Counted from the stretch's first letter, positions 37,052 to 48,479 are shown. The stretch is 64,000 bases of DNA from Octopus bimaculoides (GCF_001194135.2 NC_069004.1:12020527-12084526); one strand, 5' to 3'. Program-made: numbers and translations. Notes: generated by a model from the sequence alone, not told the origin.

Positions 37052-37861
37052 GATAGCTAGATAGATGGACAAGGTGACTGTAAAATCTAGATACATAGGC
37101 TAAATTTTCAGCATAGTTTCCACTGTTAGTGATGCAAGGTTTAATAGACTTTGCAAGATTCAAACGAACCTGATGCAGTAAACTCTTCATTTCCATCAAT
37201 TGGAATAGATTCATTCCTTCGGATGATTCATAAAAATCTATGATTTTCTCTGAGTACACCTCCTCCAGCAACCCCCAGAAAATAAAGTCGAGGGGACTTC
37301 AATCTGGATGATGCATGAGGGAAGTCAGAAGTGTTGACATGCCCGAATCAGAGGAGATGATTTTTATCAATTTTTGGCAAAGTGTTGGTTATAGCATACT
37401 CAAGAGATTATATGGTGTTATGGCAGTGTTGTTTGACCTCTCTCTCAACTATACTTCAAACTCCATTGATGAATAGTATTTTCAACATGGTTTCTACTAT
37501 TAGAGTTGCAAAGTTTGATACGTGCAAGGTTCACATGCACCTGATTTCCATTCATTCATGATGCATTCCTTCAGATAATTCATATCTATGATTTTCATTG
37601 AGTATTACCCTTCTCCTTCAACATACCCCAGAAAAATAAATCAAAGGTATTAAAATCTGGATGATGCATGAGAAGGTCAGAAGTGTTGATATGCCTGAAT
37701 CCAATGAGATGATTTTTATCAGTTTTTGGCAAAGTGCTGGTTATGGTGAACTCAAGAGATTGTATGGTGGTATGGAGATGTTGTTTGACCTCTTTCTCGA
37801 CTATGCTCCAGCTCTATTACATAATAGTCCAACTACATTGATGAATAACTTTTTCAACATG

Positions 37862-38178
37862 GTGAAGTATATTTGCCACTTAAATGTGGCTGACCCCTAA
37901 GGGTGGAGTCGTACGCTGAAGACGGGAAAATACCCAGAAACTCGAGTCCGTACGTATCGCAGATCAAGATGGGAAAGCTAACTTCCCTTTGCAAATATAG
38001 ACAGGACACAGATGTGTGTCGATAGCCAGCTGGAGGAGATGTTCTCCTGGGGCTAAAAGCAACAGTAACATCCACCCTTAGGCGTCAGCCACATTTAAGT
38101 GGCAAATATACTTCACTTTATCGTGCAGTTACTGTTAATACCTCGTTCAGAGATTTAACATTGTTTTTTTCAACATGG
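37862..38178 (+). mobile_element. Foldback element with 46-bp inverted repeats, an internal hammerhead ribozyme, a ~50-bp asymmetric tail and 13-bp flanking direct repeats
   Basis: IRs 37862-37907 and 38071-38116 (1 mismatch); TTTTTCAACATGG at 37850-37862 and 38166-38178. Confidence 0.8.
37910..37954 (+). ncRNA. Minimal type I hammerhead ribozyme, canonical core
   Basis: CGTACG-CTGAAGA-C GGG AAAATA CCC A-GAAAC-TCGA-GTC-CGTACG: 6-bp stem I, GUC triplet (cleavage after 37948), palindromic ACTCGAGT stem III. Confidence 0.75.
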
Positions 38179-38739
38179 TTTCTACCATCAGAGATTAAAG
38201 TTTGATACACTTTGCAAGATCCAAGTGAGCTCAATTCAGCTACTACACATTTCCATCGCTTTGAGCACATTCATTCATGATGTATTCCTTCTGGTGATTC
38301 GTACCTGTAATTTTCATTGAGTACACCGTCTCCTTCAGTATACCCCAGAAAAAGAAATCAAGGAGACTAAAATTTGGTTGGTGAATGAGGAAATCAGATA
38401 TGCTGAGATGCCTGAATCAGATGATTTTTACCAATTTTTACCATAGTGCTGGTTATGGTGAACGCAGGAGATTGTATGGTGTTATGGGGGTGTTGATTGG
38501 TATATAATGTTCTTAAAAATCGTGGTAGAGACCTTGGTCTCTGGACCACTCACGTCTAGAAACTGAGGTTGGGCGTAAGCTATGAAAATGCCTCATGATA
38601 ATAGCAAAGGAGAATGGGCACCAGCCAGCCCAAAGGTTGGGGTGGATTGCACCTGCCTACCATTCATTCTGCTGAAGAAAAGACAAAAAGAAACAAAAGT
38701 ATTAGTGATGTTTCCCATGTATCCATACTTTATGGGCTC

Positions 38740-40300
38740 CCTGTGTGTGTGTGTGTGTGTGTGTGTGAATATAGTTGTGTGTGTGAATATAGTTGTGTGT
38801 GTGTGAATATAGTTGTGTGTGTGTGTGAATATAGTCGTGTGTGAATATAGTAGTGTGTGTGTGTGTGTGTGNNNNNNNNNNNNNNNNNNNNNNNNNNNNN
38901 NNNNNNNNNNNNNNNNNNNNNNNNNNNNNNNNNNNNNNNNNNNNNNNNNNNNNNNNNNNNNNNNNNNNNNNNNNNNNNNNNNNNNNNNNNNNNNNNNNNN
39001 NNNNNNNNNNNNNNNNNNNNNNNNNNNNNNNNNNNNNNNNNNNNNNNNNNNNNNNNNNNNNNNNNNNNNNNNNNNNNNNNNNNNNNNNNNNNNNNNNNNN
39101 NNNNNNNNNNNNNNNNNNNNNNNNNNNNNNNNNNNNNNNNNNNNNNNNNNNNNNNNNNNNNNNNNNNNNNNNNNNNNNNNNNNNNNNNNNNNNNNNNNNN
39201 NNNNNNNNNNNNNNNNNNNNNNNNNNNNNNNNNNNNNNNNNNNNNNNNNNNNNNNNNNNNNNNNNNNNNNNNNNNNNNNNNNNNNNNNNNNNNNNNNNNN
39301 NNNNNNNNNNNNNNNNNNNNNNNNNNNNNNNNNNNNNNNNNNNNNNNNNNNNNNNNNNNNNNNNNNNNNNNNNNNNNNNNNNNNNNNNNNNNNNNNNNNN
39401 NNNNNNNNNNNNNNNNNNNNNNNNNNNNNNNNNNNNNNNNNNNNNNNNNNNNNNNNNNNNNNNNNNNNNNNNNNNNNNNNNNNNNNNNNNNNNNNNNNNN
39501 NNNNNNNNNNNNNNNNNNNNNNNNNNNNNNNNNNNNNNNNNNNNNNNNNNNNNNNNNNNNNNNNNNNNCATGTATCCATACTTTATGGGCTCCCTGTGTG
39601 TGTGTGTGTGTGTGTGTGTGAATATAGTTGTGTGTGTGAATATAGTTGTGTGTGTGTGAATATAGTTGTGTGTGTGTGTGAATATAGTCGTGTGTGAATA
39701 TAGTAGTGTGTGTGTGTGTGTGTGAATATAGTAGTGTGTGTGTGTGTGTGAATATAGTTGTGTGTCTGTGTGAATATAGTTGTGTGTCTGTGTGACTATA
39801 GTTGTGTGTGTGTATATAGTTATGTTTGTGTGTGTGTATATATAAATATAGATGTTTATGTATGTGTGTGTATATATATATAGATATGTTTCTGTGTATA
39901 AATATAGATATGTATGTGTATATATATATATATAGATATGTTTGTGTATGTATGTATGTGTGTGTGTATAAATAAATATAGATATGTGTATGTATGTGTA
40001 TACATAAATATAGATATGTGTATACATAAATATATATGTGTGTGTATGTGTATACATAAATATAGGTATATGTATGTATGTGTATACATAAATATAGATA
40101 TGTGTGTGTATGTGCATGCATAAATATAGATATGTGTATGTATGTGTATATTTAGAGATGTGTATATATGTATGTGTATATGTATGCAAATGTATGGAAA
40201 TATATATCGTATATGTTATGTGCGTATATATGCGTATGTATGTGTATATATGCGCATGTTTGTGTGTGTGTGAGAGAGTATATGTGTGTGTGTGTGTGTG
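38740..40300. repeat. Minisatellite (GTGTGTGTGAATATAGTT)n grading into compound TA/TG repeats; spans a gap
   Basis: Direct inspection. Confidence 0.9.
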
Positions 40301-40831
40301 CAATTGCGAGCTACCAAAGTAGTTAAGCTGTGAAAATTCTAATATTTGGTAAGTGAAACAATCAGATAAAATTATTGAAACAAAAGGTCTTTATACAATC
40401 CCATAAACCAACAGTAAATAATAACATCTTGGCAACCCTGTACAGTGTGTGTGTGTTTATACAGTGTTGGGTGGAGAGAAAAAACTACAACCTGCATTGT
40501 TGCACTTGTAAAAAGAATTAAGATTGTCTGTTTGTCTGTCTCACTGTTTGTGTGTTTCAACACACTACGATATTTTGTCTCTTCAAAAATGACAAGCGAT
40601 TCTAAACCCAAAGATTTCAAGATGGAAATCTGCTGACTGAAATATTTCTAGAACCAAGAAAGACTATTCCATTTTTGTTGATGGCATTTACATATTCTCC
40701 AAGATACATGCACACACACAAACACATACACGCGTATGCATGAGCACACACACACACACACACACTATATGTCCCTACATTATTCTGAAATAATGGTTTG
40801 GTTTTACATGGCATTCACTAATTATCGTTAC

Positions 40832-41015
40832 TAAGGCGGTGAGCTGACAATCATTAACATGCTGGGCAAAATGCGTCTGTCTTCATGTTCTGAGTTCAAA
40901 TTCCACCAAGGTTGCCTTTCCTCCTTTCAGGGTTGATAAAACAAGTAGCAGTTGAGTACTGGGGTTGATGTAATTGACTTGCACTGCACCCCAAACTTGC
41001 TGGCCTTGTGCTAAG

Positions 41016-41063
<48 letters not shown>
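40832..41063 (+). mobile_element. SINE family A with a long (ATT)n tail
   Basis: TAAGGCGGTGAGCTG...GGCCTTGTGCTAAG(ATT)n. Confidence 0.8.
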
Positions 41064-41360
41064 GTTCAGTAGTTTTATTTTTATAACGTGCTTTCACTTC
41101 ACTACCGAGCGCAGCTCTGTGCGCCTTGGGTATGTGCTGTGGTTTGCTGTGGTGCTCTTATGTTTACTGTACTGAAAGTGTTTTGCGTAGAATGTGTGCA
41201 GTACCCAGTAGTGCAATTTTCTGTATGTTATATATATTTGTAGGTCCTGGTATTTTTGTTATGTATTTGTCTGAATATTTTTTTATTATACCTAAGGCAC
41301 CTACTCTTCTTCGTATTTGTTAGGTAGATTGATTTCTTGTTTGTATTTGTCAGCTTCCTT
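41064..41360 (-). pseudogene. RLE-type (R4/Dong-like) LINE 3' fragment, subfamily 1
   Basis: VGALGIIKKYSDKYITKIPGPTNIYNIQKIALLGTAHILRKTLSVQ* plus 3' UTR; flanked by (AAT)n on the element strand. Confidence 0.8.
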
Positions 41361-41362
41361 AA

Positions 41363-41397
<35 letters not shown>

Positions 41398-41399
41398 GT

Positions 41400-41720
41400 G
41401 ATGAAACTCACAGCTTATTTTGCTGGGTATGATGGAAAGTGTCAGCTGTCCACAGCCAGCAGACTAAGGTGACACTTGTTTATCGATCATGCTTCAAGAA
41501 CCCTGGGAAGAATTCTTGCAGTTCCAAGCAATGCTGATTTTTGTAGGTGTTCTACCTTCACATTTGTATCAATCTTTTTGAGGCATGTTGGTAGTTGAGT
41601 GCTGATATTTCCAAGTGCACCAATTACTGTTGGTATCACATCTACTCTCTTCATTGACCACAGCCTTCGTATTTCCCACTTCAAATAGTTGTAGTTGTTT
41701 ATTTTTTCTTTATTATTATT
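41400..41720 (-). pseudogene. RLE-type (R4/Dong-like) LINE 3' fragment, subfamily 2
   Basis: YNYLKWEIRRLWSMKRVDVIPTVIGALG...VEHLQKSALLGTARILPRVLEA*; (AAT)n on both sides. Confidence 0.85.
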
Positions 41721-41756
41721 ATTATGAGAAGTACCTGTATTTCTAAGAGCCAGCCG

Positions 41757-41905
41757 TGTCACACTGAATCTATCTCCCTGAGAACTACATTAAGGGTACA
41801 TGTGTCTGTGGAATGCTCAGCCTCTTGCACATTAATTTCACAAGCAAGCTGTTCTGTTGATTGGATCAACTGGAACCCTTGTCTTCGTAACTGACGGAGT
41901 GCCAT
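41757..41905 (+). mobile_element. SINE D 3' module
   Basis: CTCCCTGAGAACTACATTAAGGG...GGATCAACTGGAACCC..GTAACTGACGGAGTGCCA. Confidence 0.7.
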
Positions 41906-41907
41906 TG

Positions 41908-42240
41908 TACTATGTAAATCTGTGCAATCTTACAGGCTGTGTATTTTGTATTGTGTTAAACTCTTTAGCCGTGTTTTAATGTCTCTAGCTGTGTATATCA
42001 TACTATATAAATCTTGTGTAATCTTACAAGCTGTGTATTTTGTATTGTGTTAACCTCTCTATCTGTGTGTGTGTATTATACAGTGTAAACCCAGACTGTG
42101 TTACCTCTCTACCTGTGTGACCTCTAGCTATGTTTATTGTCCTATATAAACCTAACTGTTAATATGTCTGTGTGTATTGTACTGTATAAATTTCTGATTA
42201 ATTTCTGAAACCATTTACCAAATAAACCAGCTGGAAGCCA
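41908..42240. repeat. Diverged ~92-bp tandem repeat
   Basis: AATCTTACA.GCTGTGTATTTTGTATTGTGTTAA.CTCT repeated. Confidence 0.7.
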
Positions 42241-42446
42241 TTAGTTTTGTTATAATCAACATTGATCTCTACTAATTGTTCTACTCTTAACGAGTCTGTT
42301 AATTGACGAACAATGTAAAACATTGCTGGTATTTCTTGATGTTTTTATTTTTAGATTATTATTATTATTATTGTTATTTTAGTTGTTGTTTTTAACTATA
42401 ACATGTAGGTTTGTACTGCGCCACTGTTGCTCCCTCCTCTTCCATA

Positions 42447-42510
42447 TCCCTGCACCTATGTGCCCCTGCACCTCCGTGCCCCTGCACCTCTGTGCCCCTG
42501 CACCTCTAGT
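42447..42510. repeat. 16-bp minisatellite (TGTGCCCCTGCACCTC) x4
   Basis: Direct inspection. Confidence 0.85.
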
Positions 42511-42853
42511 GTTTATTCTCTTTCAGGAATATATAGCTGTGTTTCTTACATCAGTTTCTCTTTGTTGTGGCTTTTTTGATGTTGTTGTTGTTGTTGTTGT
42601 TTGTGGTGTTAATCTGTTGCATAGATCATATCTAGTGTCAAGTGTGTTGTTTTGTTGTTTGGTGGTTGTGTTTGATGGCTGATGTGTTTGATCGTGTTTG
42701 AGGTTGTGTTGGATGGTGATTGTCTATTCTGAAAAACAGTCACAAGAGAGGTAAGCCCTCTTTATTGCACACCAACACCTTTCAAATCAATTCCATCACA
42801 AATTATTACTACTATTTCTTCTATTAATATTGTACTGCCACTGCTTCTGCTGA

Positions 42854-42891
<38 letters not shown>

Positions 42892-42924
42892 GTAGTAGTA
42901 GTAGTGTTAGTAGTGGTAGTAGTA

Positions 42925-43660
42925 GTGCATGCTTTATTAGTTAGCTGGGATGTTATCTTGAAGTTTGGTTGCAAAATGTCTCCTCCAATCTTGAGAATCT
43001 TTCTTAGAATTCTTGCAGAATTTAAGATTGCACTTTTCTGCAGGTCGGCTATGTGTGTCTCAGTTCCAATATCCTTCAATCTCTTGGGTAGCATTTGGAG
43101 TGTTGTGCCAATTGCACTAATTACCACAGGAATAACTGTTGTCTTAATCTTCCACAAAGAAGGTGCATGGCTCAGTAGTTAGAGCGTCGGGCTCATGATC
43201 ATGAGGTAGTGAGTTCAATTCCCAGACTGGGCTGTGTGTTGTGTTCTTCAGCAAGACACTTTATTTCACGTTGTTCCAGTTCACTCAGCTATAGAAATGA
43301 ATTGCAACATCACTGGTGCCAAGCTGTATCGGCCTTTGCCTTTCCCTTGGATAACACCGGTGGCATGGAGAGTGGAGGCTGGCATGCATGGGTGACTGCT
43401 GGTCTTCCATAAACAACCTTGCCTGGACTTGTGCTCCAGAGGATAACTTTTTAGGTGCCATTCTATGGTCATTCATAACCGAAAGGGGTCTTTACCCTCT
43501 TACCCTAGTTTTCCACAATCTCTTCAACTCTGTGGCTAGATCCTGATATTTTTCAATTTCTTTTTTTTTTTTTCTTTGATTTTTCACTTTCTTATATGCT
43601 ATTGTAAAGTCTTCCACTGTTTATTTATTTTGTCCTCTATAATCACCAACCGAAGCTGCT
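42925..43660 (-). pseudogene. RLE-type LINE 3' fragment, subfamily 3, split by a SINE C insertion
   Basis: EIEKYQDLATELKRLW | KIKTTVIPVVISAIG...IADLQKSAILNSARILRKIL becomes contiguous when 43158-43518 is removed. Confidence 0.85.
43158..43510 (+). mobile_element. SINE family C, full length with TSD
   Basis: 8-bp TSD TTCCACAA at 43150-43157 and 43511-43518; tail (TTACCCT)2. Confidence 0.85.
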
Positions 43661-43926
43661 GTGTAGTGCAATTGACCTGGAAACCCAGGGATGTGAAACA
43701 GCCTCCTTTACTACAATGAGCCATGTCTACACGTCAACATTTTTGCTTGTGATTCCTTCAAAGAAGGACACAAAATTGTAAGTGCTGGAGGGAGGCTCAA
43801 CTGTTGAATCAACTTCAATAAATAAATTGAAGCTTATTTTACGGGTTTAATACACTCAGAATAAAATATATGCACTAGTGGACTTTTGACCATGTCATTG
43901 TCTCCTTGAGGGATGGAACTAAGTAT

Positions 43927-44133
43927 CGGTTTCAAATTGTGGCACAAGGCCAGCAATTTCAGGGTCAGTTACATCAACCTCAGTATTCAACTGGTACTTA
44001 TTTTATTGACCCTGAAAGAATGAATGGCAAAGTTGACTTCAGCAAGATTTGAACTCAGACCATAAAGATGGATGATATCTCCTCCTAAGCATTTTTCCCA
44101 GTGTGCTAATGATTCTGCTAATTTACCACCTTA
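43927..44133 (-). mobile_element. SINE family A
   Basis: Matches the family A unit in reverse. Confidence 0.8.
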
Positions 44134-44817
44134 ACGGAACTAAATATTATAAGATATTTCAACCACTCAGGGTGTGTCCACTTTTTAATCTTGGTTCAAA
44201 TCCGACTGTGATCAATAAAATAAAGAGCACTTAGCTACTAGACTCAATCTAACCAACTGTTCCCCCCTCCCCTTCATCTAATCAATATTTGACCATTGGT
44301 ATTTCACTGTAGTCTTTCCTGGCTTATTGATCACAAGATGTCATCAAAGTGGGATTCATTGTAATATCCCTAAACACCAACAGTAAAATAAGTTTCAGTT
44401 TAATCAGCCAGAAAAATTTAAACAGCTGTTTAAAAAATTTTTTTTTTTTTTCATCCATTAATCAATCGATATTGGTTCAAATCATTGAATCACTTTAAAC
44501 GACAGAGGTGGAGACTGACAGGATTTTAATTCTAATGCTAATTAATCTTTCATTGTCATTCTTCAAAGACCTTCTCAGTCAACTGGAAATGTTACAGACT
44601 GAAAATACTATGTTTTTACCGTTTTCTATAGAGGAATCAAGTGATCAAACCAGTTTGTATTCATTGAAAAAAAGATAGCTGATTTGTTGCAAAATGGTCC
44701 AGAAATTTCTGTTTTCTGATGGAATATTTCTCTGACCTAGCACTATAAAAATTTAATTTAACCATCTTACTAAAATACAAGAATTTTAGATAAATTTCAA
44801 TTTTTCCATGTCCAGCG

Positions 44818-45040
44818 GTTAGACCAGCTCTCTGTTAATTTAGGTAATGAGTTAGACCAGGTCTATGTTAATTAATTAGACTAGGTCTATATTAGTTTAG
44901 GTAATTAGTTAAACTGGATCTATACTGATGTATTTAATTAGACCACGTCTATATTAGTTTAGGTAATTAGTTAGACCAGGACTATATTGATTTATTTAAT
45001 AGTTAGGCCTCTATATTAGTTTTGGCAATTAGACCAGGTG
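44818..45040. repeat. Minisatellite, ~26-33-bp unit (TTAGACCAGGTCTATATTAGTTTAGGTAATTA) with alternating long and short units
   Basis: About 7-8 copies of the TTAGACCAGGTCTAT core. Confidence 0.8.
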
Positions 45041-45218
45041 GGGGTGGGAAAATCAATTATATTGACTCCAGGGCTCAACTGGTACTTAATTTATCAAGCC
45101 GAAAGGATAAAAGACAAAGTCAACCTCAGTAGAATTTGAACTCAAAACATAGCGGCAGATAAAATACTGCTAAGCATTTTGCCTGGCATGCTAACGATTC
45201 TGCCAGCTTGCCACCTTA
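45040..45218 (-). mobile_element. SINE family A
   Basis: Matches the family A unit in reverse. Confidence 0.8.
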
Positions 45219-45221
45219 ATT

Positions 45222-45284
<63 letters not shown>

Positions 45285-45289
45285 TTATC

Positions 45290-45450
45290 ATCTTGGAGTT
45301 CATTTTATAGATTTTGATACAACCTGTGAGACACAGACGTAACATTAGATTTGTAGGCCAATGAAGTACAGACCCAATACTTTGGTATTTAGTTACATCC
45401 CTTTGTATTCCATGTTCAGATCCCACCTACTCCCCAATGACCAGAGTCAA
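45290..45450 (-). pseudogene. Possible fifth RLE-type LINE 3' fragment
   Basis: LVIGE*VGS...RLCLTGCIKIYKM resembles the 53030 subfamily end (ITGTVKMCKTF); abuts a triplet microsatellite. Confidence 0.35.
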
Positions 45451-46359
45451 TTTCATTGGTCGGTTGTGTTCTTTCCCAAATTTATTGTCTTGTAGCAATA
45501 TTACACCCCAAGTATTTTAAAATGAAACATTTAAAATATTCTTTTGTTAATCTCTATATTTCGTTATCTAAAATTGTCGGTGGAGAAGGTGGGGTGGAAT
45601 CTTGGATTTTTCTTTTTTTCCTTTTTTTTATTTTTTATTTTTTTTTTTTTTGTCTGTTATCAGTAGCCATCGTCTCTTATTTCAGTGACTACAAAAAATA
45701 TTTTTGTTGTTCTTCCCAACAGAAGACGCTAAAATACAAGTTGAAAGATGGCTTTGTTAAAGGAACATTAAGAGAAAATTTAGAAGGATTATTCTGGGCC
45801 AAAGAAACCCTAGACTTTTCTGATAGAAATCTAATAGCCTCAGTTATGTGCCTTACAAACATTTCTTCATCGTTAGCTTTCTTTATTTCATTATTTTTTT
45901 AACGAACTCTTAACCTTGATTTTTGAGTGTTGTTGAAAACACACTTCTTTTGTAACTGAAGGCATTTTGCGGATAACAGTGGCGTTTGTCTGGAAACAAA
46001 TCCAAATTATATTTTAGAATATTCTAGTGTTTCGGTAAAATATTCTGCTCTGTTGACATCTTCAGCCTAGGTTTTCCCAAAGAATAACCTTTACTATCAC
46101 AGTAGCAACGCCACCCTCCATCAGCACCACATTCACCATCACAACAACTAACACTATCACTAACCATAAGAACAACCACCGCCAACAGCACCACCACAAC
46201 TGCCACCACCTCCACCACTAACCTTCATCTCCACCAATACCACCACCACCACCATAACAGACCCCCACACCAACCACCACCACCACATGGCAATTCCATA
46301 CCAGACTGAGAACCATCAGAATGTTTCCTTCTTTGCTTTGTGCATTCTAAGTGTTTAAC

Positions 46360-46815
46360 CCTGGGCTAACCATGATTCACTTGGTCTGTGATCAAAGACA
46401 TTCCAATTAAGGTTGACGGAAACTGTGTGGAAGCATGCTGTGTGTATGTGTTTGTTTGTTTGTGTGTGTGTGTGTGTGTGTATTATATATATATGTGTGT
46501 GTGTATTATATATATGTGTGTGTGTATGTGAGTGTATACATGTGTGTTTGTGTATGTGTATATATGTGTTTGTGTGTGTTTTGGGTGTCTCCACTACTAT
46601 CACTGCTGCTACTGCTTGACAATTTGTGTTGGTTTGTTTATGTTTCTTTAACTTAGCAGTTCAGCAAAAGAGACTAATGAAATATGTACCAGACTTAAAA
46701 AAAAACAAAAGCAAAACATAAGTATTAGGGTTGATTTGTTTGACTTAAAACCCTTCGAGTTTCGAGTAAGTGCTCCAGCATGATCACAATTTAATGACTG
46801 AAACAAGTAAAACAA
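46360..46815 (+). mobile_element. SINE B-like element with expanded internal (TG/TA)n and a variant head
   Basis: GACGGAAACTGTGTGGAAGC...AACTTAGCAGTTCAGCAAAAGAGACT...GACTGAAACAAGTAAAA. Confidence 0.7.
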
Positions 46816-47894
46816 AAATGATATCTTATATTAAGGAATAATATACCTAGGAATACTGGGTACATTGGAAGGTTGGTATTGTTGTGGTGGTAGTAGAGGG
46901 GCAGTGTGCCTGAGTGTGACCTCTGGAGGTCACTTCTAATTATGTATTCATGAAATTTATTATTGCTACCCTTTTTTTGCTACTCTTTTATTATTCCACC
47001 TCCCACTCTCCCTTATCCTTCTTTTCCTTTCTCATTTTCTTTCTCTCCCCCTTCTCTCTCTGTCTCTCCTCCCTCCATCTCTCCTTCCTCCGTATCCACT
47101 GTAAAATAATACAAGATATTCTGAACAGTCATTTATTGTATGTATATAGATGAGTGTATATAGCTTATCTGTGTGTCTTTCTATTTGTGTGCGTGTGTCT
47201 ACAGCTGTGTCTGTGTGTCCGCACGTCATTCAGTGAGTATCCATTTGTGACTGTTTGTATATGCATGCATTTGTGTGCATGTGTGTGTGTATGCGCGTGT
47301 GTGTGTGTGTACATATGTGTATGTATGTATAAATGCATGTGTGTGTGCATGTGCACACACACACATACATGTCCATGTGCCTTTCCACTTCAATTAATAG
47401 TCAAAAAATAATTCCAATTTGTCAAAGCCATCACAAGTTCTGCTCTTTTTTTTTTATTGATTTTTGAGAGAGAGAGAGAGAGAGAGAGAGAAAGTGGGAG
47501 AAGAGAGTGAGAAAGTGGAGAAAGGAAGAGAGAGAGAGAGAGAGAGCAATAAAAAAAAAAGACTGGTATTTGTCACATGTAATGGTGGCCTCCACCAATT
47601 AGTTTCCCTTCCTTTTTACGTCAGCAATCGCTAAAACATTATCACAGAACATTAGATTTGAGGTTTGAAGGGGAAATTCCAGAAGTGACCATCTCTAAGA
47701 AACATTGTTTCAACAGGCCTCCTCTGAACCCAAACTAACATGGAAAAGTAGATGTTAAAGTGATAACGACGATGATGCGTTTATCTAGGACTACACTGTC
47801 TAATGTGTCCTTGTTCTTTTAACATTGTAGATTGTGATTTGAAGGAGTTTTGGTCTTATTTGTAGCAAGTCAAGATGCATTCCTACGAGCTGTG

Positions 47895-48285
47895 TTGTAA
47901 GTAGCTTGCTTACGAACCACATGGTTCTGGGTTCAATCCTACTGCGTGGCACCTTGAGCAAGTGTCTTCTACTATAGCTTCGGGCCGACCAAAGCCTTAT
48001 GAGTGGATTTGGTGGACGGAAACTGAAAGAAGCCTGTCATATATATGTATACAGATGTGTGTGTGTGTGTGTGTATATGTTTGTGTGTCTGTGTATGTTC
48101 CCCCCAACATCGCTTGACAACCGATGCTGGTGTGTTTAGGTCCCCGTAACTTAGCGGTTCAGCAAAAAGAGACCTATAGAATAAGTACTAGGCTTACAAA
48201 GAATAAGTCCTGGGGTCAATTTGCGCGACTAAAGGCGGTGCTCCAGCATGGCCGCAGTCAAAATGACTGAAACAAGTAAAAGAGA
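47895..48285 (+). mobile_element. SINE family B, near full length
   Basis: Head to GACTGAAACAAGTAAAAGAG tail. Confidence 0.85.
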
Positions 48286-48479
48286 AAGGGAAAATGGTTT
48301 GACGAAAGAAATGCAATGAATCATAAAATTTCTTGAAGATTTCAAGATCTCTAATGGAATCTTGAGAAAACCATTTCTGTGGAGCAGAAATCCCTGTTGA
48401 TACAATTCTTGTTAGAAAATCTGACTGAGAAATCTGGGAGAACCTATTGGCCCCTTTTTGCTTTGTTGTTTACTGTTAG

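Larger units (their letters stand above)
37066..38505 (-). pseudogene. Three tandem ~370-bp units derived from Tc1/mariner transposase C-termini
   Basis: Minus-strand motifs PD*SPLDFIFWGLLEEVYS / PDFNTFDLFFWGMLKEK.YSMKIIDMNYLKECIMNEWK and LDYYV-WSIVEKEVKQHLHTTIQSL...DKNHLI repeated per unit; units ~37100-37475, 37476-37862 and 38166-38505. Confidence 0.75.

Noticed and set aside
38717-39722. Exact ~150-bp duplication either side of the N-gap
   Set aside because: Looks like overlapping contig ends (assembly artefact); similar gap-flanking duplicates occur at ~26040-26100, 32690-32810 and 63170-63235.
38702-40303. 533-aa and other long ORFs (HTHT/YIYI/CVCV-rich)
   Set aside because: Translations of dinucleotide microsatellites and N-gaps; the same applies to ORFs at 6239-7130, 24501-25137, 28387-29438, 29986-30824, 35760-36140 and 53674-54501.
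45456-45902. 148-aa plus-strand ORF
   Set aside because: Low-complexity poly-T-derived residues, no recognisable domain and no splice context.
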